In this document: one piece after another, positions 39,103 through 48,821 of the stretch
Layout: each line of letters starts with the position of its first letter
Numbering within the stretch: the first letter of the stretch is position 1
DNA from: Bacteroidota bacterium
Lineage (GTDB): Bacteria > Bacteroidota > Bacteroidia > Flavobacteriales > BACL11
Length of the DNA stretch: 64,000 bases
NCBI GenBank assembly: GCA_036337275.1
Contig: JAYZEM010000003.1
Location: forward strand, 148,756-212,755
Direction of reading: 5' to 3'
Made by a program: the position numbers and the translations under genes
The notes under the pieces: model-generated
The model's input: the letters and a program-made list of their open reading frames with translations, nothing else
The model's database searches: none
Told to the model about the DNA's origin: nothing

Positions 39103-42100
39103 TTGGGCAATTCAAATTTTACCATTTATAGTTCTTCTGCTGGCTCTGGAAAAACCTATACACTTTCTCTTAATTATCTGGCTCTTTCCTTAAAAGGAGA
39201 TGATTTTGGTTATACTGACTATTATCGAAAAATATTAGCCGTTACCTTTACCAATAAGGCGGCAGCCGAAATGAAAGAAAGGGTGCTTTTTTATTTTCAG
39301 GAACTGTCTGATGAGCGCGATACAGATAATATTTTAGCTTGGCTAAAAACGGAAACAGGATTGAATAATGTCGAAATTTTTAAGCGTTCCAGAATAATTC
39401 ACCAACATATTTTGCATCATTATTCCGATTTAAGTATTAGTACTATCGATAAATTTACTTATAAAATTGTTCGTACTTTTGCTAGAGATTTAGGATTGTC
39501 TTACAATTTTGAATTGGAGATGGATGATTACAAAATCATTCAGCCAGTTGTTGCTTTACTTTTAGAGAAACTGGAAAAATCAGGAGGGGATTTAACCAAT
39601 GCTTTGGTAAATTTTGCATTGCAAAAAACAGAAGATGGAAAAAGCAGCAATATAGAGCGTGATTTAGAAGAGTTTGCTAAACAGTTATTTAGGGAAAATG
39701 CTGTTGATTTTTTAGATCGCAACTCATTAAGTGTAAAGCAGTTTATCCGGTTTAAAGACGATTTGTATAAAAGGCAAAATCAACTTGAACAAAAAGTGCA
39801 ATTATTGTCTCAAAAAGCCACAAATTTTCTTAATCAATATGGTTTTACTAAAGCACATTTCAATAATGGCGCCTTTTATAAACATTTCACCGAAAACATC
39901 TTAAATAAGGACACGAAGAAATGGATCCCATCTGATGCGTTATTGCGCTATATTAAAAACGATGAGTGGTATGCCAAAAGTAAATCGGATGAGATAAAAA
40001 AATTGGTGGATTTTCACCTTAAAGATTTACAGCAATTTATAAATGAACTTTTGGATTTATTAAAACCCTATCTTTCCAATAAAGCAGTGCTTCAACACAT
40101 CTATTCAATTGCTGTATTAAATGAGATGATTCAAGAAGTTAATGCTTATAAAAAAGCAAAAAATATTCAGCAAATATCTTCATTCAATAAACAAATACAT
40201 GATGTAGTTGTGGTGCAACCCTCAGCATTTATTTACGAACGAATTGGGGAAAGGTATCATCATTTTCTAATTGATGAATTTCAAGATACCTCCCTACTGC
40301 AATGGCAAAACATGTTGCCACTTATTACAGATGCAATTGATGCTGGGAAAAGTTTGGTAGTAGGAGATGGTAAACAATCAATTTACAGATGGAGGGCAGC
40401 AGAAGTAAAACAGTTTTTGCAATTACCAAAAATTTATAATGGAGAAAAACTACATTTTAAAACAGATTGGGAGAATAAACTAGGGTATCATGAAGAAACT
40501 AAAAACCTAGAAAAAAATTATAGAAGCCAACAAGAGATTATAAAATTTAATAATGAATTTTTTGAGCAATTAAAAAACCTACTTTCTCCTAATTTGCAAG
40601 CAATATACAAAGCTCAAAAACAAGAATATGAACATGCAGAAAAAGGTGGTTATGTGCATATAGAACTGTTTGGAGATAAAGAAAATGATGCCAATGAGTT
40701 GATTCTGAAGAAAATACTCTCAGAAATTAAAAAGCTAGTAAATGAAAACAATTATGCTTTAAGAGATATTGCGATTTTGTGCAACAGTAGAAAATCTGTA
40801 GCTTTAACAGCCCAATATCTTGCTAAAAATAATATTGGTGTAATATCGAATGAAGGATTGTTGCTTCACTCCTCTGAGCAAATAAAAGTGCTGATTTCTG
40901 CGTTGTATTTTCTGCAAAATCAGAATGATAAAGTTGCAAAGGCAAGCATATTATCTTATTTACATCAAGGTGTTTTAAAAACAAAAAAACTAGATGAATT
41001 ACATGATAGTGTTCATGAAAATCAATCCTTTTTAGCACTATTAAAAACAGGAGGAATCAGTTTTCCGATTTCAAAATTAACTGAACTTCCTCTTTTTGAA
41101 TTGTGCCAAAAACTTATTCGAAATTTAAAACTATGGGAAGATATTTATGTTCAGTTTTTTCTAGATGTAGTCTTAAAATATGCAGAGAAAAATAGCAGTA
41201 GTGTTTCTGAATTTCTGCTTTGGTGGGAAGAGGTAAAAACTAAGGAAACTATTGTAGTACCAAAAGAAACAAATGCAGTTCAAGTTATGACTATTCACAA
41301 AGCCAAAGGTTTAGCTTTTAACGTAGTGATGATTCCTTTTAATTGGGAAGATACATCTAACAAAAATAAAATTTGGGTAGATACTAGCAAGCAGTATAAG
41401 AAACTAAAATCTGCTCTAATTAATAGTAGTAAAATTTTAGAATGGACTTTTTTTTCAGCTGAACACCAACAGGAGAAAGAACTCTTGCTCCTTGATAATT
41501 TGAACAAATTGTATGTAGCAATGACACGTCCAAAAGAGCGGCTTTATATTTTTAGCAAATCATTTCCAGATAAAATAGTTGACGATTTTGATAGCAAGGG
41601 TAAACTGCATAATTTTTTACACCATTTCAGTAGTGCTTATCCTATTGTAAAAGGGGATGAGAAGGAATTGCATCAGAAAAGAAAGGATGAAACAATACAC
41701 TCTTTTCTTGTCAAGAATCAAAACAAGAACCGTTGGCAAGAAGTGATTTCCTTAAAACACTCAGCAGAAAAAATTTGGGATGTTGAAAAGCATCAAGAAA
41801 GTGTGCAGTGGGGAAAACTCCTACATTTAGCACTCTCTCAAATCAATCACATAACAGATGCTGATGAGATCATAGAAGGGCTTTTTGCAAAAGGTAAGTG
41901 TAATAAAAGTCAATATAATAAATTAAAGAGGCAGATTCCTATTTTACTTAAAAGTGAGCAAATTGCTAAATATTTTACCCCTAATTATAAAGTAAAAACC
42001 GAAAGCGAAATATTAGTTGAGACAGGAGAAACATACATCCCGGATAGGCTGGTTTTTGATGGGGAAAAAGTAACGGTTATCGATTATAAGACAGGGGAAC

Positions 42101-42213
42101 AAGATTCTAAGCATAAGACACAAATTAATAATTATGCCAATACCCTCAAGCAAATGGGTTATAAGGTGATTGCTACTGAGTTAATCTATACCAAAGTCAT
42201 CTTGAAAGCATGA
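39103..42213 (+). CDS. AddA/RexA-like UvrD-family helicase with a C-terminal RecB-type nuclease domain
   Basis: SF1 motifs are present: SAGSGKTYTL (I), FLIDEFQDTS (II), VGDGKQSIYRWRAA (III), NYRSQQEI (IV), VMTIHKAKGLAFNVV (V) and YVAMTRPKERLYI (VI). The nuclease reads IPDRLVF...VIDYKTGE...QINNY. It has a TTG start directly after an in-frame TAA, with no ATG before the Walker A. Confidence 0.8.
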   Translation: MGNSNFTIYSSSAGSGKTYTLSLNYLALSLKGDDFGYTDYYRKILAVTFTNKAAAEMKERVLFYFQELSDERDTDNILAWLKTETGLNNVEIFKRSRIIHQHILHHYSDLSISTIDKFTYKIVRTFARDLGLSYNFELEMDDYKIIQPVVALLLEKLEKSGGDLTNALVNFALQKTEDGKSSNIERDLEEFAKQLFRENAVDFLDRNSLSVKQFIRFKDDLYKRQNQLEQKVQLLSQKATNFLNQYGFTKAHFNNGAFYKHFTENILNKDTKKWIPSDALLRYIKNDEWYAKSKSDEIKKLVDFHLKDLQQFINELLDLLKPYLSNKAVLQHIYSIAVLNEMIQEVNAYKKAKNIQQISSFNKQIHDVVVVQPSAFIYERIGERYHHFLIDEFQDTSLLQWQNMLPLITDAIDAGKSLVVGDGKQSIYRWRAAEVKQFLQLPKIYNGEKLHFKTDWENKLGYHEETKNLEKNYRSQQEIIKFNNEFFEQLKNLLSPNLQAIYKAQKQEYEHAEKGGYVHIELFGDKENDANELILKKILSEIKKLVNENNYALRDIAILCNSRKSVALTAQYLAKNNIGVISNEGLLLHSSEQIKVLISALYFLQNQNDKVAKASILSYLHQGVLKTKKLDELHDSVHENQSFLALLKTGGISFPISKLTELPLFELCQKLIRNLKLWEDIYVQFFLDVVLKYAEKNSSSVSEFLLWWEEVKTKETIVVPKETNAVQVMTIHKAKGLAFNVVMIPFNWEDTSNKNKIWVDTSKQYKKLKSALINSSKILEWTFFSAEHQQEKELLLLDNLNKLYVAMTRPKERLYIFSKSFPDKIVDDFDSKGKLHNFLHHFSSAYPIVKGDEKELHQKRKDETIHSFLVKNQNKNRWQEVISLKHSAEKIWDVEKHQESVQWGKLLHLALSQINHITDADEIIEGLFAKGKCNKSQYNKLKRQIPILLKSEQIAKYFTPNYKVKTESEILVETGETYIPDRLVFDGEKVTVIDYKTGEQDSKHKTQINNYANTLKQMGYKVIATELIYTKVILKA

Positions 42214-45017
42214 TCCCATTTTTAGAAAAAATAGCAGAACGATTGTTGAGGAAGTTCCCTGAAAAGATGGATAATATTGCAGTTGTACTACCAAGTAAAA
42301 GATCGGTAGTGTTTTTAAAACATTATCTAGCAAAAAGAATAGATAAACCAATTTTTTTACCACAATTTTTTTCAATTGAGGGGTTCGTAGAAGAACTTTC
42401 CGATTTAAAAGTAATGGACAATATTTCTCTGCAATTCCATTTGTATCAATCGTATTTAGCACGCCCTCCAAAGGTGACGGATTCTTTTGATGAGTTCTTG
42501 AATTGGAGTCAAATGCTTTTGCATGATTTTAATGAAGTAGATAGAAACTTAGTCGATCCGAAATCTATTTTCTCAAACCTCAAACAAGTAAAAGAACTAG
42601 AAGGTTGGGATGTTGAAAATTGGAGTATTTCTGAGAAAAACCTTAGTGAAGCCCAAAATAATTTTGTTAATTTTTATGAGCACATTTATAATTGGTATTT
42701 GCATTTTAATCAATCTTTAATTGAGCAAAAAAATGCATATCAAGGCATGACATACCGAAAAGCGGCTAAAGAAATAGAAAAGATAGTTATTGCTTGGGAC
42801 AAGGTGTGGTTTGTGGGTTTGAATGCTCTTACAAAGTCCGAAGAAAAAATTATTAATCACCTAAAAGAAAAAGATATTGCAAGAGTTTTTTGGGATACAG
42901 ATGAATTTTATTTCAACAATCCAAATCATGAGGCAGGCAACTTCTTACGAGAGCAAAGAGCTAAATGGCATGAGATTGACTTTAAGGGAGTTGGTAATTA
43001 TTTCTCAAAGCCAAAAACAACATTTGATGTGGTGGGTTGTCCGAAAAATATTGCACAAGCAAAGGCAACTGCTCTAGTGCTCAGTCAACTTTCTGACGAA
43101 GATTTAGATAACAGTAATACAGCAATTATTCTCGCAGATGAGGGCTTGCTTTTTCCTGTTCTGAATCAGCTTCCAGAAAAAGTAAAAGCGCTAAATGTAA
43201 CCATGGGAAGCCCACTAAAGAACACCCCGCTTTTTGCATTGGTTGATGCGCTTATTTATATGCAGATTCAGGCTTATGATTACAAGAAAAGCCGTTTTTA
43301 TTATAAAGATGTTATAAAACTTTTGGAGCATCCTTTCTTTGCTAAAATTTGCTGTAAGGAAAACTTATCAGAAATAAAAAACAGCATGCACAAAGAGAAT
43401 TTTGTTTTTATCAGTCCTTCTTGGCTGCAAAACCAACTTGCGGATAAAACGCCACAAAATTTGTTTGTATTATGGCAGGAACCAAAAGATGCTATTAAGT
43501 CCCTTCATCTACTATTAAATTTATTGCGCAAACCCTTAGTGGGTAAAAAAGGAACTATTGAATCTGAGATACTGCTTGTTTTTTCGGAATGTCTTAATAT
43601 TTTAGAAAGACTCATTAATGATTTAAAACAAGATTTTCAGCTGAAAACATTACAAAAGGTATTAAATCAGTTGGTTGCAAAGGAGGTTATTCCATTTAAA
43701 GGGGAGCCATTAAAAGGAGTACAACTCATGGGAATTTTGGAAAGCAGAACCCTTGATTTTAAAAATGTAATTATGCTATCGGTAAATGAAGGAGTTTTAC
43801 CAAAGGGGAAAAGCCTGAATTCATTTATTCCTTATGATTTGAAAAAGTATTTTCAGCTGCCCACATTTTCTGAAACTGATGCTGTTTTTTCATATCATTT
43901 TTATCGCATTTTGCAAAGAGCAGAGAATATTACATTACTCTACAATACTGAAAATGATCATTTTGGAAGTGGTGAGAAAAGCCGATTTATTACCCAACTA
44001 TTAGCTGAATACACTTCTAGTCCAATCAAATCATCTGTATATAAAGGTGAGCAATTACAACTGATAACTGATACAAAAATACAGATAGAAAATAAGGGCT
44101 TGACTGATTCTATCACCAAATGGGCAACACAGGGTGTTTCCCCTTCAGCTTTGAACAAATATAACAGCTGTTCTTTAGCTTTTTACTATCACTATTTAGC
44201 AAATATTAGAAAAGATGATGAGGTTGATGAGTTTGCAGATGCTAGCCATTTAGGAACTGCAGTGCACAATACATTAGATAATTGCTATAAGGAAGGGTTG
44301 CTGAATGAACAATTAATTAAAAAGTGGAAGCCAGCAATCTTAAAACGACTCATCATAGAATTTGAATTACTTTTGAAAAAGAGCAGTTTGAAAGAAGGAA
44401 AAAATTATTTAACTATAGAAATTGCCAAACAACTTTTACTAAACTTTCTTGATTTAGAGCAAAAAGGAATTCTTACAGCAAAGCAAGATGGAAAGGAAAT
44501 AAACATCAAAGGATTAGAAGATAGATTAAGCGGAAGAATAACGGTTAATAATACATCCTTTAAGTTGAAGGGAAGGGTTGATAGGGTAGATGAAGTAGGA
44601 GATCTTTTGCGGATTATTGATTATAAAACAGGCAAAGTAGAAAGAGGGGAAGTCACTTTTCTTAATTGGAATGAATTATCTGAAAATAATAAAAAAGAGA
44701 AGGCATTTCAACTTTTGATGTACGCCTATTTATACTTGAATAAAAACCCTCAGTATCTGGATAAAAAAGTAGTTGCAGGAAACTTCTCTTTCAAGAATCT
44801 GAAAGAAGGATTAATTTGCGTTTCACGCAACAAAAAAAACAAAGAAGGAAAAAAGAGCAACCAAAAAGAAATATTGCAGATTAACAAAAATGTTTTGCAA
44901 GAATTTGAGAAGCAGCTAAAAAACATCTTAGTAAAAATACAAACTGAAGATTTCAAGCAAACAGATGATTTAAAGGTGTGTGAATGGTGCGATTACAAAC
45001 TTATTTGTAAGCGATAA
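42210..45017 (+). CDS. AddB/RexB-like PD-(D/E)XK nuclease subunit with an iron-staple Cys arrangement and no intact Walker A
   Basis: The nuclease reads GRVDRVDEVGDLLRIIDYKTGK...FQLLMYAYL. One Cys lies upstream (YNSCSLAFYY) and CEWCDYKLIC (Cx2Cx5C) lies at the C-terminus, as in the AddB 4Fe-4S staple. The N-terminus has VLPSKRS where GxGKT would sit. It overlaps addA-like with ATGA. Confidence 0.75.
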   Translation: MIPFLEKIAERLLRKFPEKMDNIAVVLPSKRSVVFLKHYLAKRIDKPIFLPQFFSIEGFVEELSDLKVMDNISLQFHLYQSYLARPPKVTDSFDEFLNWSQMLLHDFNEVDRNLVDPKSIFSNLKQVKELEGWDVENWSISEKNLSEAQNNFVNFYEHIYNWYLHFNQSLIEQKNAYQGMTYRKAAKEIEKIVIAWDKVWFVGLNALTKSEEKIINHLKEKDIARVFWDTDEFYFNNPNHEAGNFLREQRAKWHEIDFKGVGNYFSKPKTTFDVVGCPKNIAQAKATALVLSQLSDEDLDNSNTAIILADEGLLFPVLNQLPEKVKALNVTMGSPLKNTPLFALVDALIYMQIQAYDYKKSRFYYKDVIKLLEHPFFAKICCKENLSEIKNSMHKENFVFISPSWLQNQLADKTPQNLFVLWQEPKDAIKSLHLLLNLLRKPLVGKKGTIESEILLVFSECLNILERLINDLKQDFQLKTLQKVLNQLVAKEVIPFKGEPLKGVQLMGILESRTLDFKNVIMLSVNEGVLPKGKSLNSFIPYDLKKYFQLPTFSETDAVFSYHFYRILQRAENITLLYNTENDHFGSGEKSRFITQLLAEYTSSPIKSSVYKGEQLQLITDTKIQIENKGLTDSITKWATQGVSPSALNKYNSCSLAFYYHYLANIRKDDEVDEFADASHLGTAVHNTLDNCYKEGLLNEQLIKKWKPAILKRLIIEFELLLKKSSLKEGKNYLTIEIAKQLLLNFLDLEQKGILTAKQDGKEINIKGLEDRLSGRITVNNTSFKLKGRVDRVDEVGDLLRIIDYKTGKVERGEVTFLNWNELSENNKKEKAFQLLMYAYLYLNKNPQYLDKKVVAGNFSFKNLKEGLICVSRNKKNKEGKKSNQKEILQINKNVLQEFEKQLKNILVKIQTEDFKQTDDLKVCEWCDYKLICKR

Positions 45018-45112
45018 TGTAATACCGCATATTATTATTTTTATGTCTTGCTTTCAAAAATACACTTGTCTTTAAGTAGAGAGTTTCAAAATCTGGAAGG
45101 TATAAATTTTAG

Positions 45113-45120
45113 TACATTTG
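45113..45120 (+). promoter_or_regulatory. -7 box TACATTTG upstream of the GT9 gene
   Basis: Perfect TAnnTTTG, 14 nt before the GTG at 45135 and 20 nt before the ATG at 45141. Confidence 0.45.
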
Positions 45121-45134
45121 CCAACTAACGAAAA

Positions 45135-46493
45135 GTGAAAATGAGAAAAGAAGAAGTAAAATATGACTGTAGTCATTTTCAGGGTCATATTCCTTGCAAG
45201 CCCAATAAATTAAATAATGTGCAATGCAATAACTGTTCGCATTATGAATGCGACCCCTCCACTATCATCAAATTAGATACAAAGCAAGATTACCTAGATG
45301 AAATCTATAAGATTTGTAATTTTAAGAATACGGATTCTAGTAAAGAGAATTCCAATTTAAAAGAACTTAAAGACGGATATGGAATTGATGCTATTGGATT
45401 AACAGATACAGAAACCGATCGGTTACAGAAAGCGTTTGGAATTGGAGGTAGACAAGATTTCTTTTTTCGTAGTGCACCTCTTTTATTAAAGGGTATGACG
45501 ACTAAAATTTTATTTATAAAATTAGGGGCAATAGGAGATGTGATTAGAACGACCCCTCTTTTAGAAAGGTTTAGAGAGAAATATGGAGATTGCCATTTTA
45601 CATGGATTACACATAGCCCAGAAGTAGTCCCTAAAGATGATGTGAATCTAATTTTCAAATGGGATGAATCTTCCATTTCTCACATAGCTACTAAAATGAC
45701 ATTTGATATAGCTGTTAATTTAGATAAAGAAAAAGAAACTTGCATGCTGCTTTCAGCTGTTGATTCAGATAAGAAATTTGGATTCAGCTGGAAAGATGGG
45801 CATATTAATATCGCTACAGAAAAGGCAGAACACAAACTTATAACAGGGTTCTTTGATCATATTTCAAAGAAAAATACTAAAAACTATTTAGAAGAAATTT
45901 TTGAAATCTGTCATTTTGATTTTAACCTGGAAGAATACCAAATTAATTTGAATGAAGAATTAAGCAGAAAGTGGAATGAAAAATTAAAAGTACTTGCAAA
46001 TGGAAAAACCATAATAGGGCTTAATACCGGTTGCGGATTAAGATGGAAAACGCGTCTTTGGCCTCCAGAATATTGGATAGCACTCATCAATGAATTAGAA
46101 GAATTAGGCTATTTCTGCTTACTAATGGGTGGGCCAGATGAAGATGAAATGAATAGACATTATCAATCTAAAACTAATGCACTTTATCTAGGAACTTTTG
46201 CTTTAGAAGAATTTATTGCTCTTACCAATAGTACAGATATTATTGTTACACCTGTCAGTATGATGATGCATATTGCACTAGCACTCAAAAAACAACTTAT
46301 GCTCTTTCACAACATTTTTAATGTACATGAATTTGAATTGTATGGAAGAGGGGTGATAATAGAGCCTACTAGTGGTTGCGACTGTTATTTTGGAAATAGC
46401 TGCAAAAGAGAAAAAAGTTGCATGCACGACATCTCAGTACAAGATGTTTTGAGTAATATTGCACAGCTAAACAAGAACTTAAAAAAGAGTTAA
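45135..46493 (+). CDS. Family-9 glycosyltransferase (heptosyltransferase-like) with Cys-rich N- and C-terminal extensions
   Basis: The GT9 core starts at ILFIKLGAIGDVIRTTPLL and includes IGLNTGCG, LMGGPDE and TPVSMMMHIA. The N-terminal 120 aa carry CSHFQGHIPC...CNNCSHYEC and the C-terminus carries SGCDCYFGNSCKREKSCMHD. The start may be the GTG at 45135 or the ATG at 45141. Confidence 0.7.
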   Translation: MKMRKEEVKYDCSHFQGHIPCKPNKLNNVQCNNCSHYECDPSTIIKLDTKQDYLDEIYKICNFKNTDSSKENSNLKELKDGYGIDAIGLTDTETDRLQKAFGIGGRQDFFFRSAPLLLKGMTTKILFIKLGAIGDVIRTTPLLERFREKYGDCHFTWITHSPEVVPKDDVNLIFKWDESSISHIATKMTFDIAVNLDKEKETCMLLSAVDSDKKFGFSWKDGHINIATEKAEHKLITGFFDHISKKNTKNYLEEIFEICHFDFNLEEYQINLNEELSRKWNEKLKVLANGKTIIGLNTGCGLRWKTRLWPPEYWIALINELEELGYFCLLMGGPDEDEMNRHYQSKTNALYLGTFALEEFIALTNSTDIIVTPVSMMMHIALALKKQLMLFHNIFNVHEFELYGRGVIIEPTSGCDCYFGNSCKREKSCMHDISVQDVLSNIAQLNKNLKKS

Positions 46494-46494
46494 T

Positions 46495-47880
46495 ATGAAC
46501 TATGATTTAATTGTAATTGGTAGCGGTCCTGGAGGATATGTAACGGCTATTCGCGCATCCCAATTTGGATTAAAAACTGCTATAATAGAAAAAGAAAGTT
46601 TAGGAGGTATTTGTCTGAATTGGGGTTGTATACCAACTAAAGCGCTTTTAAAATCTGCTCAAGTATTTGAATATATCAATCATGCGTCCGATTTTGGTAT
46701 TAACGTGAAAGATGCTAATGCAGATTTTTCAGCTATTATCGGTAGAAGTAGAGAAGTCGCAAATGGGATGAGTAGTGGAATTGCTTATCTGATGAAAAAG
46801 AATAAAATTGAGGTGATAAATGGTTATGGAAAAGTAGTAAAGGGAGGAAAAGTAGTTGTAATTACAGATGGGAAAACTACTGAATATACTGCAAAACACA
46901 CCATTATTGCAACAGGCGCAAGAAGTAGAGAATTACCAAATCTACCACAAGATTGTAAAAAAGTCATCGGTTATAGAGAGGCGCTTTCTTTAACTACTGT
47001 ACCAAAGAAAATGGTGATTGTTGGTTCTGGAGCAATAGGTGTCGAGTTTGCATATTTCTATAATGCTATAGGAGTAGAGGTAACGGTTGTGGAATTTATG
47101 CCAAACATTGTTCCTGTTGAGGATACAGATGTATCCAAGCAATTACAAAGATCTTTCAAAAAGTCAGGCATTAAAGTGATGACAAATGCTTCAGTTGAAA
47201 GTGTCAACACTAAAGGAAGTGGGTGTAAGGTTTTGGTAAATACCAAGAAAGGAGAAGAAACTATAGAGTGTGATGTTGTGCTTTCTGCAGTAGGGATTCA
47301 GGCAAATATTGAGAATATAGGACTAGAGGAAGTAGGTGTTAAAACTGATAAAGGCAGAATTATAGTAGACGATTTTTATCGCACCAATATACCTGGTGTG
47401 TATGCTATTGGAGATGTACTACCTACACAAGCGCTAGCTCATGTAGCATCAGCTGAGGGAATTATTTGTGTAGAAAAAATTGTAGGAAAAGATCCTGAAC
47501 CTATTGATTATGGAAACATTCCGGGATGTACTTATTGCTCACCTGAAATTGCTTCTGTTGGATTGACAGAGAGGGCCGCAAAAGAAGCAGGTTATGAAAT
47601 AAAAGTAGGAAAGTTTCCTTTTAGTGCTTCTGGAAAAGCTTCTGCTGCAGGACATAAAGATGGTTTTGTAAAAGTAGTTTTTGATGCAAAATATGGAGAA
47701 TGGTTAGGCTGCCACATGATAGGATATAATGTTACGGAAATGATTGCTGAAGCGGTTGTTGCGCGTAAATTAGAAACTACAGGGCAAGAAATCTTAAAGG
47801 CTATTCACCCGCACCCAACTATGAGTGAAGCTGTAATGGAAGCAGTGGCTGATGCTTATGATGAAGTAATACACATGTAA
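46495..47880 (+). CDS. lpdA: Dihydrolipoyl dehydrogenase (E3)
   Basis: FAD motif VIGSGPGGY, redox disulfide GGICLNWGCIPTK, NAD motif VGSGAIGVE and the C-terminal HPHPTMSE. The start is 1 nt after the GT9 stop. Confidence 0.9.
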   Translation: MNYDLIVIGSGPGGYVTAIRASQFGLKTAIIEKESLGGICLNWGCIPTKALLKSAQVFEYINHASDFGINVKDANADFSAIIGRSREVANGMSSGIAYLMKKNKIEVINGYGKVVKGGKVVVITDGKTTEYTAKHTIIATGARSRELPNLPQDCKKVIGYREALSLTTVPKKMVIVGSGAIGVEFAYFYNAIGVEVTVVEFMPNIVPVEDTDVSKQLQRSFKKSGIKVMTNASVESVNTKGSGCKVLVNTKKGEETIECDVVLSAVGIQANIENIGLEEVGVKTDKGRIIVDDFYRTNIPGVYAIGDVLPTQALAHVASAEGIICVEKIVGKDPEPIDYGNIPGCTYCSPEIASVGLTERAAKEAGYEIKVGKFPFSASGKASAAGHKDGFVKVVFDAKYGEWLGCHMIGYNVTEMIAEAVVARKLETTGQEILKAIHPHPTMSEAVMEAVADAYDEVIHM

Positions 47881-47910
47881 TGTTTCTAAAAGCAAATATT
47901 TGTAATAAAT

Positions 47911-47947
47911 AAAAAAAGACCAAGAGAAATTCTTGGCCTTTTTTATT
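47911..47947. terminator. Bidirectional rho-independent terminator between lpd (+) and the FKBP gene (-)
   Basis: The sequence is aaaaaaaga-ccaaga-gaaat-tcttgg-ccttttttatt: a 6-bp GC-containing stem flanked by an A-run and a T-run, in a convergent gap. Confidence 0.6.
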
Positions 47948-47951
47948 ATAA

Positions 47952-48656
47952 TTATTGAATACTTAGCAATTCAACTATAAAAATCAATGTAGCATCTGGT
48001 GGAATCCCTGCTTTAGGGATACCATTGTCACCATAAGCTAAATTACCTGGAATAGTCAGTTTCCATTTATCGCCTACATGCATCAGTTGTAAGCCTTCTA
48101 CCCACCCAGGTATTACACCATTTACTGGGAATGAAACGGATTCGCCTCTTTCGATTGAGCTATCAAAAACTGTGCCGTCAACCAGTGTTCCATGGTAATG
48201 AACACTTACTTCATTTTCAACTGTTGGATTTATATCTCCTTCTCCCCGAACCAACACTTCATATTGTAACCCACTTGCAGTGGTTTGCACTTCTTCATTT
48301 ACCACTTTCTCTTCTATCCAAACTTTTGCAGCAGCAGTTAATGAATCTTGTACTCTTAGCCTTTCTGCTTCTTGCTTTTCTTGAAGTCCTTTAAAATATT
48401 TTTCTAAAATTTGCTGAGCTTCTTCTTTTGTAATTAAAATAGAGTCATTATTAAAAACATGCTTCATACCCATACCAACTGCATCTGAATTTATTTCTTC
48501 AAGCCCTTGTCCTTGAAGTTGTATAGCATTAAAAGTTCCTAAGCTATAGCTCACACTATCTATCTTTGTTTCTAATTTTTGAGAACTTGCATTATCAGGA
48601 TTGCAAGCGTAAAGTAAAATTGCAGCTATTAAAAAAGTAAGATGTAATTTCTTCAT
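47952..48656 (-). CDS. FKBP-type peptidyl-prolyl cis-trans isomerase (FkpA/Mip-like lipoprotein)
   Basis: Signal peptide plus Cys (LLYAC), an N-terminal dimerisation helix region and a C-terminal FKBP domain [16 protein letters not shown]...[28 protein letters not shown]. Confidence 0.85.
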   Translation of the reverse strand: MKKLHLTFLIAAILLYACNPDNASSQKLETKIDSVSYSLGTFNAIQLQGQGLEEINSDAVGMGMKHVFNNDSILITKEEAQQILEKYFKGLQEKQEAERLRVQDSLTAAAKVWIEEKVVNEEVQTTASGLQYEVLVRGEGDINPTVENEVSVHYHGTLVDGTVFDSSIERGESVSFPVNGVIPGWVEGLQLMHVGDKWKLTIPGNLAYGDNGIPKAGIPPDATLIFIVELLSIQ

Positions 48657-48670
48657 AATTTTTTTGGCAG

Positions 48671-48678
48671 CAAATATA
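48671..48678 (-). promoter_or_regulatory. -7 box (TATATTTG on the minus strand) for the FKBP gene
   Basis: Plus-strand caaatata is the RC of TATATTTG, 14 nt upstream of the ATG at 48656. Confidence 0.5.
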
Positions 48679-48821
48679 GACTTTTACATTCTTTATCATA
48701 GCATCTTCTATAGAAAATTCTTATTATATCTTATATCCAAAAAAGAATATTGAGAGTCCAAAGCATAATAGAATTTATTTTTTAAATTAATTTTCCCTAT
48801 AAAAATTAGTACCTTTACAAC

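Noticed and set aside
39103-45017. The helicase plus PD-(D/E)XK nuclease pair as a novel defence module
   Set aside because: The motif set, the sizes (1036 and 935 aa), the iron-staple cysteines and the ATGA coupling all fit canonical AddAB/RexAB recombination-repair enzymes.
45305-45676. Antisense ORFs of 60-123 aa inside well-supported genes. This one lies in the GT9 gene. Others are at 7755-8111, 33689-34024, 10930-11253, 6729-7016, 34342-34738 and 35978-36235.
   Set aside because: All lie wholly within longer ORFs that carry clear family motifs. Their translations show no domains and have odd composition. I treat them as shadow ORFs.
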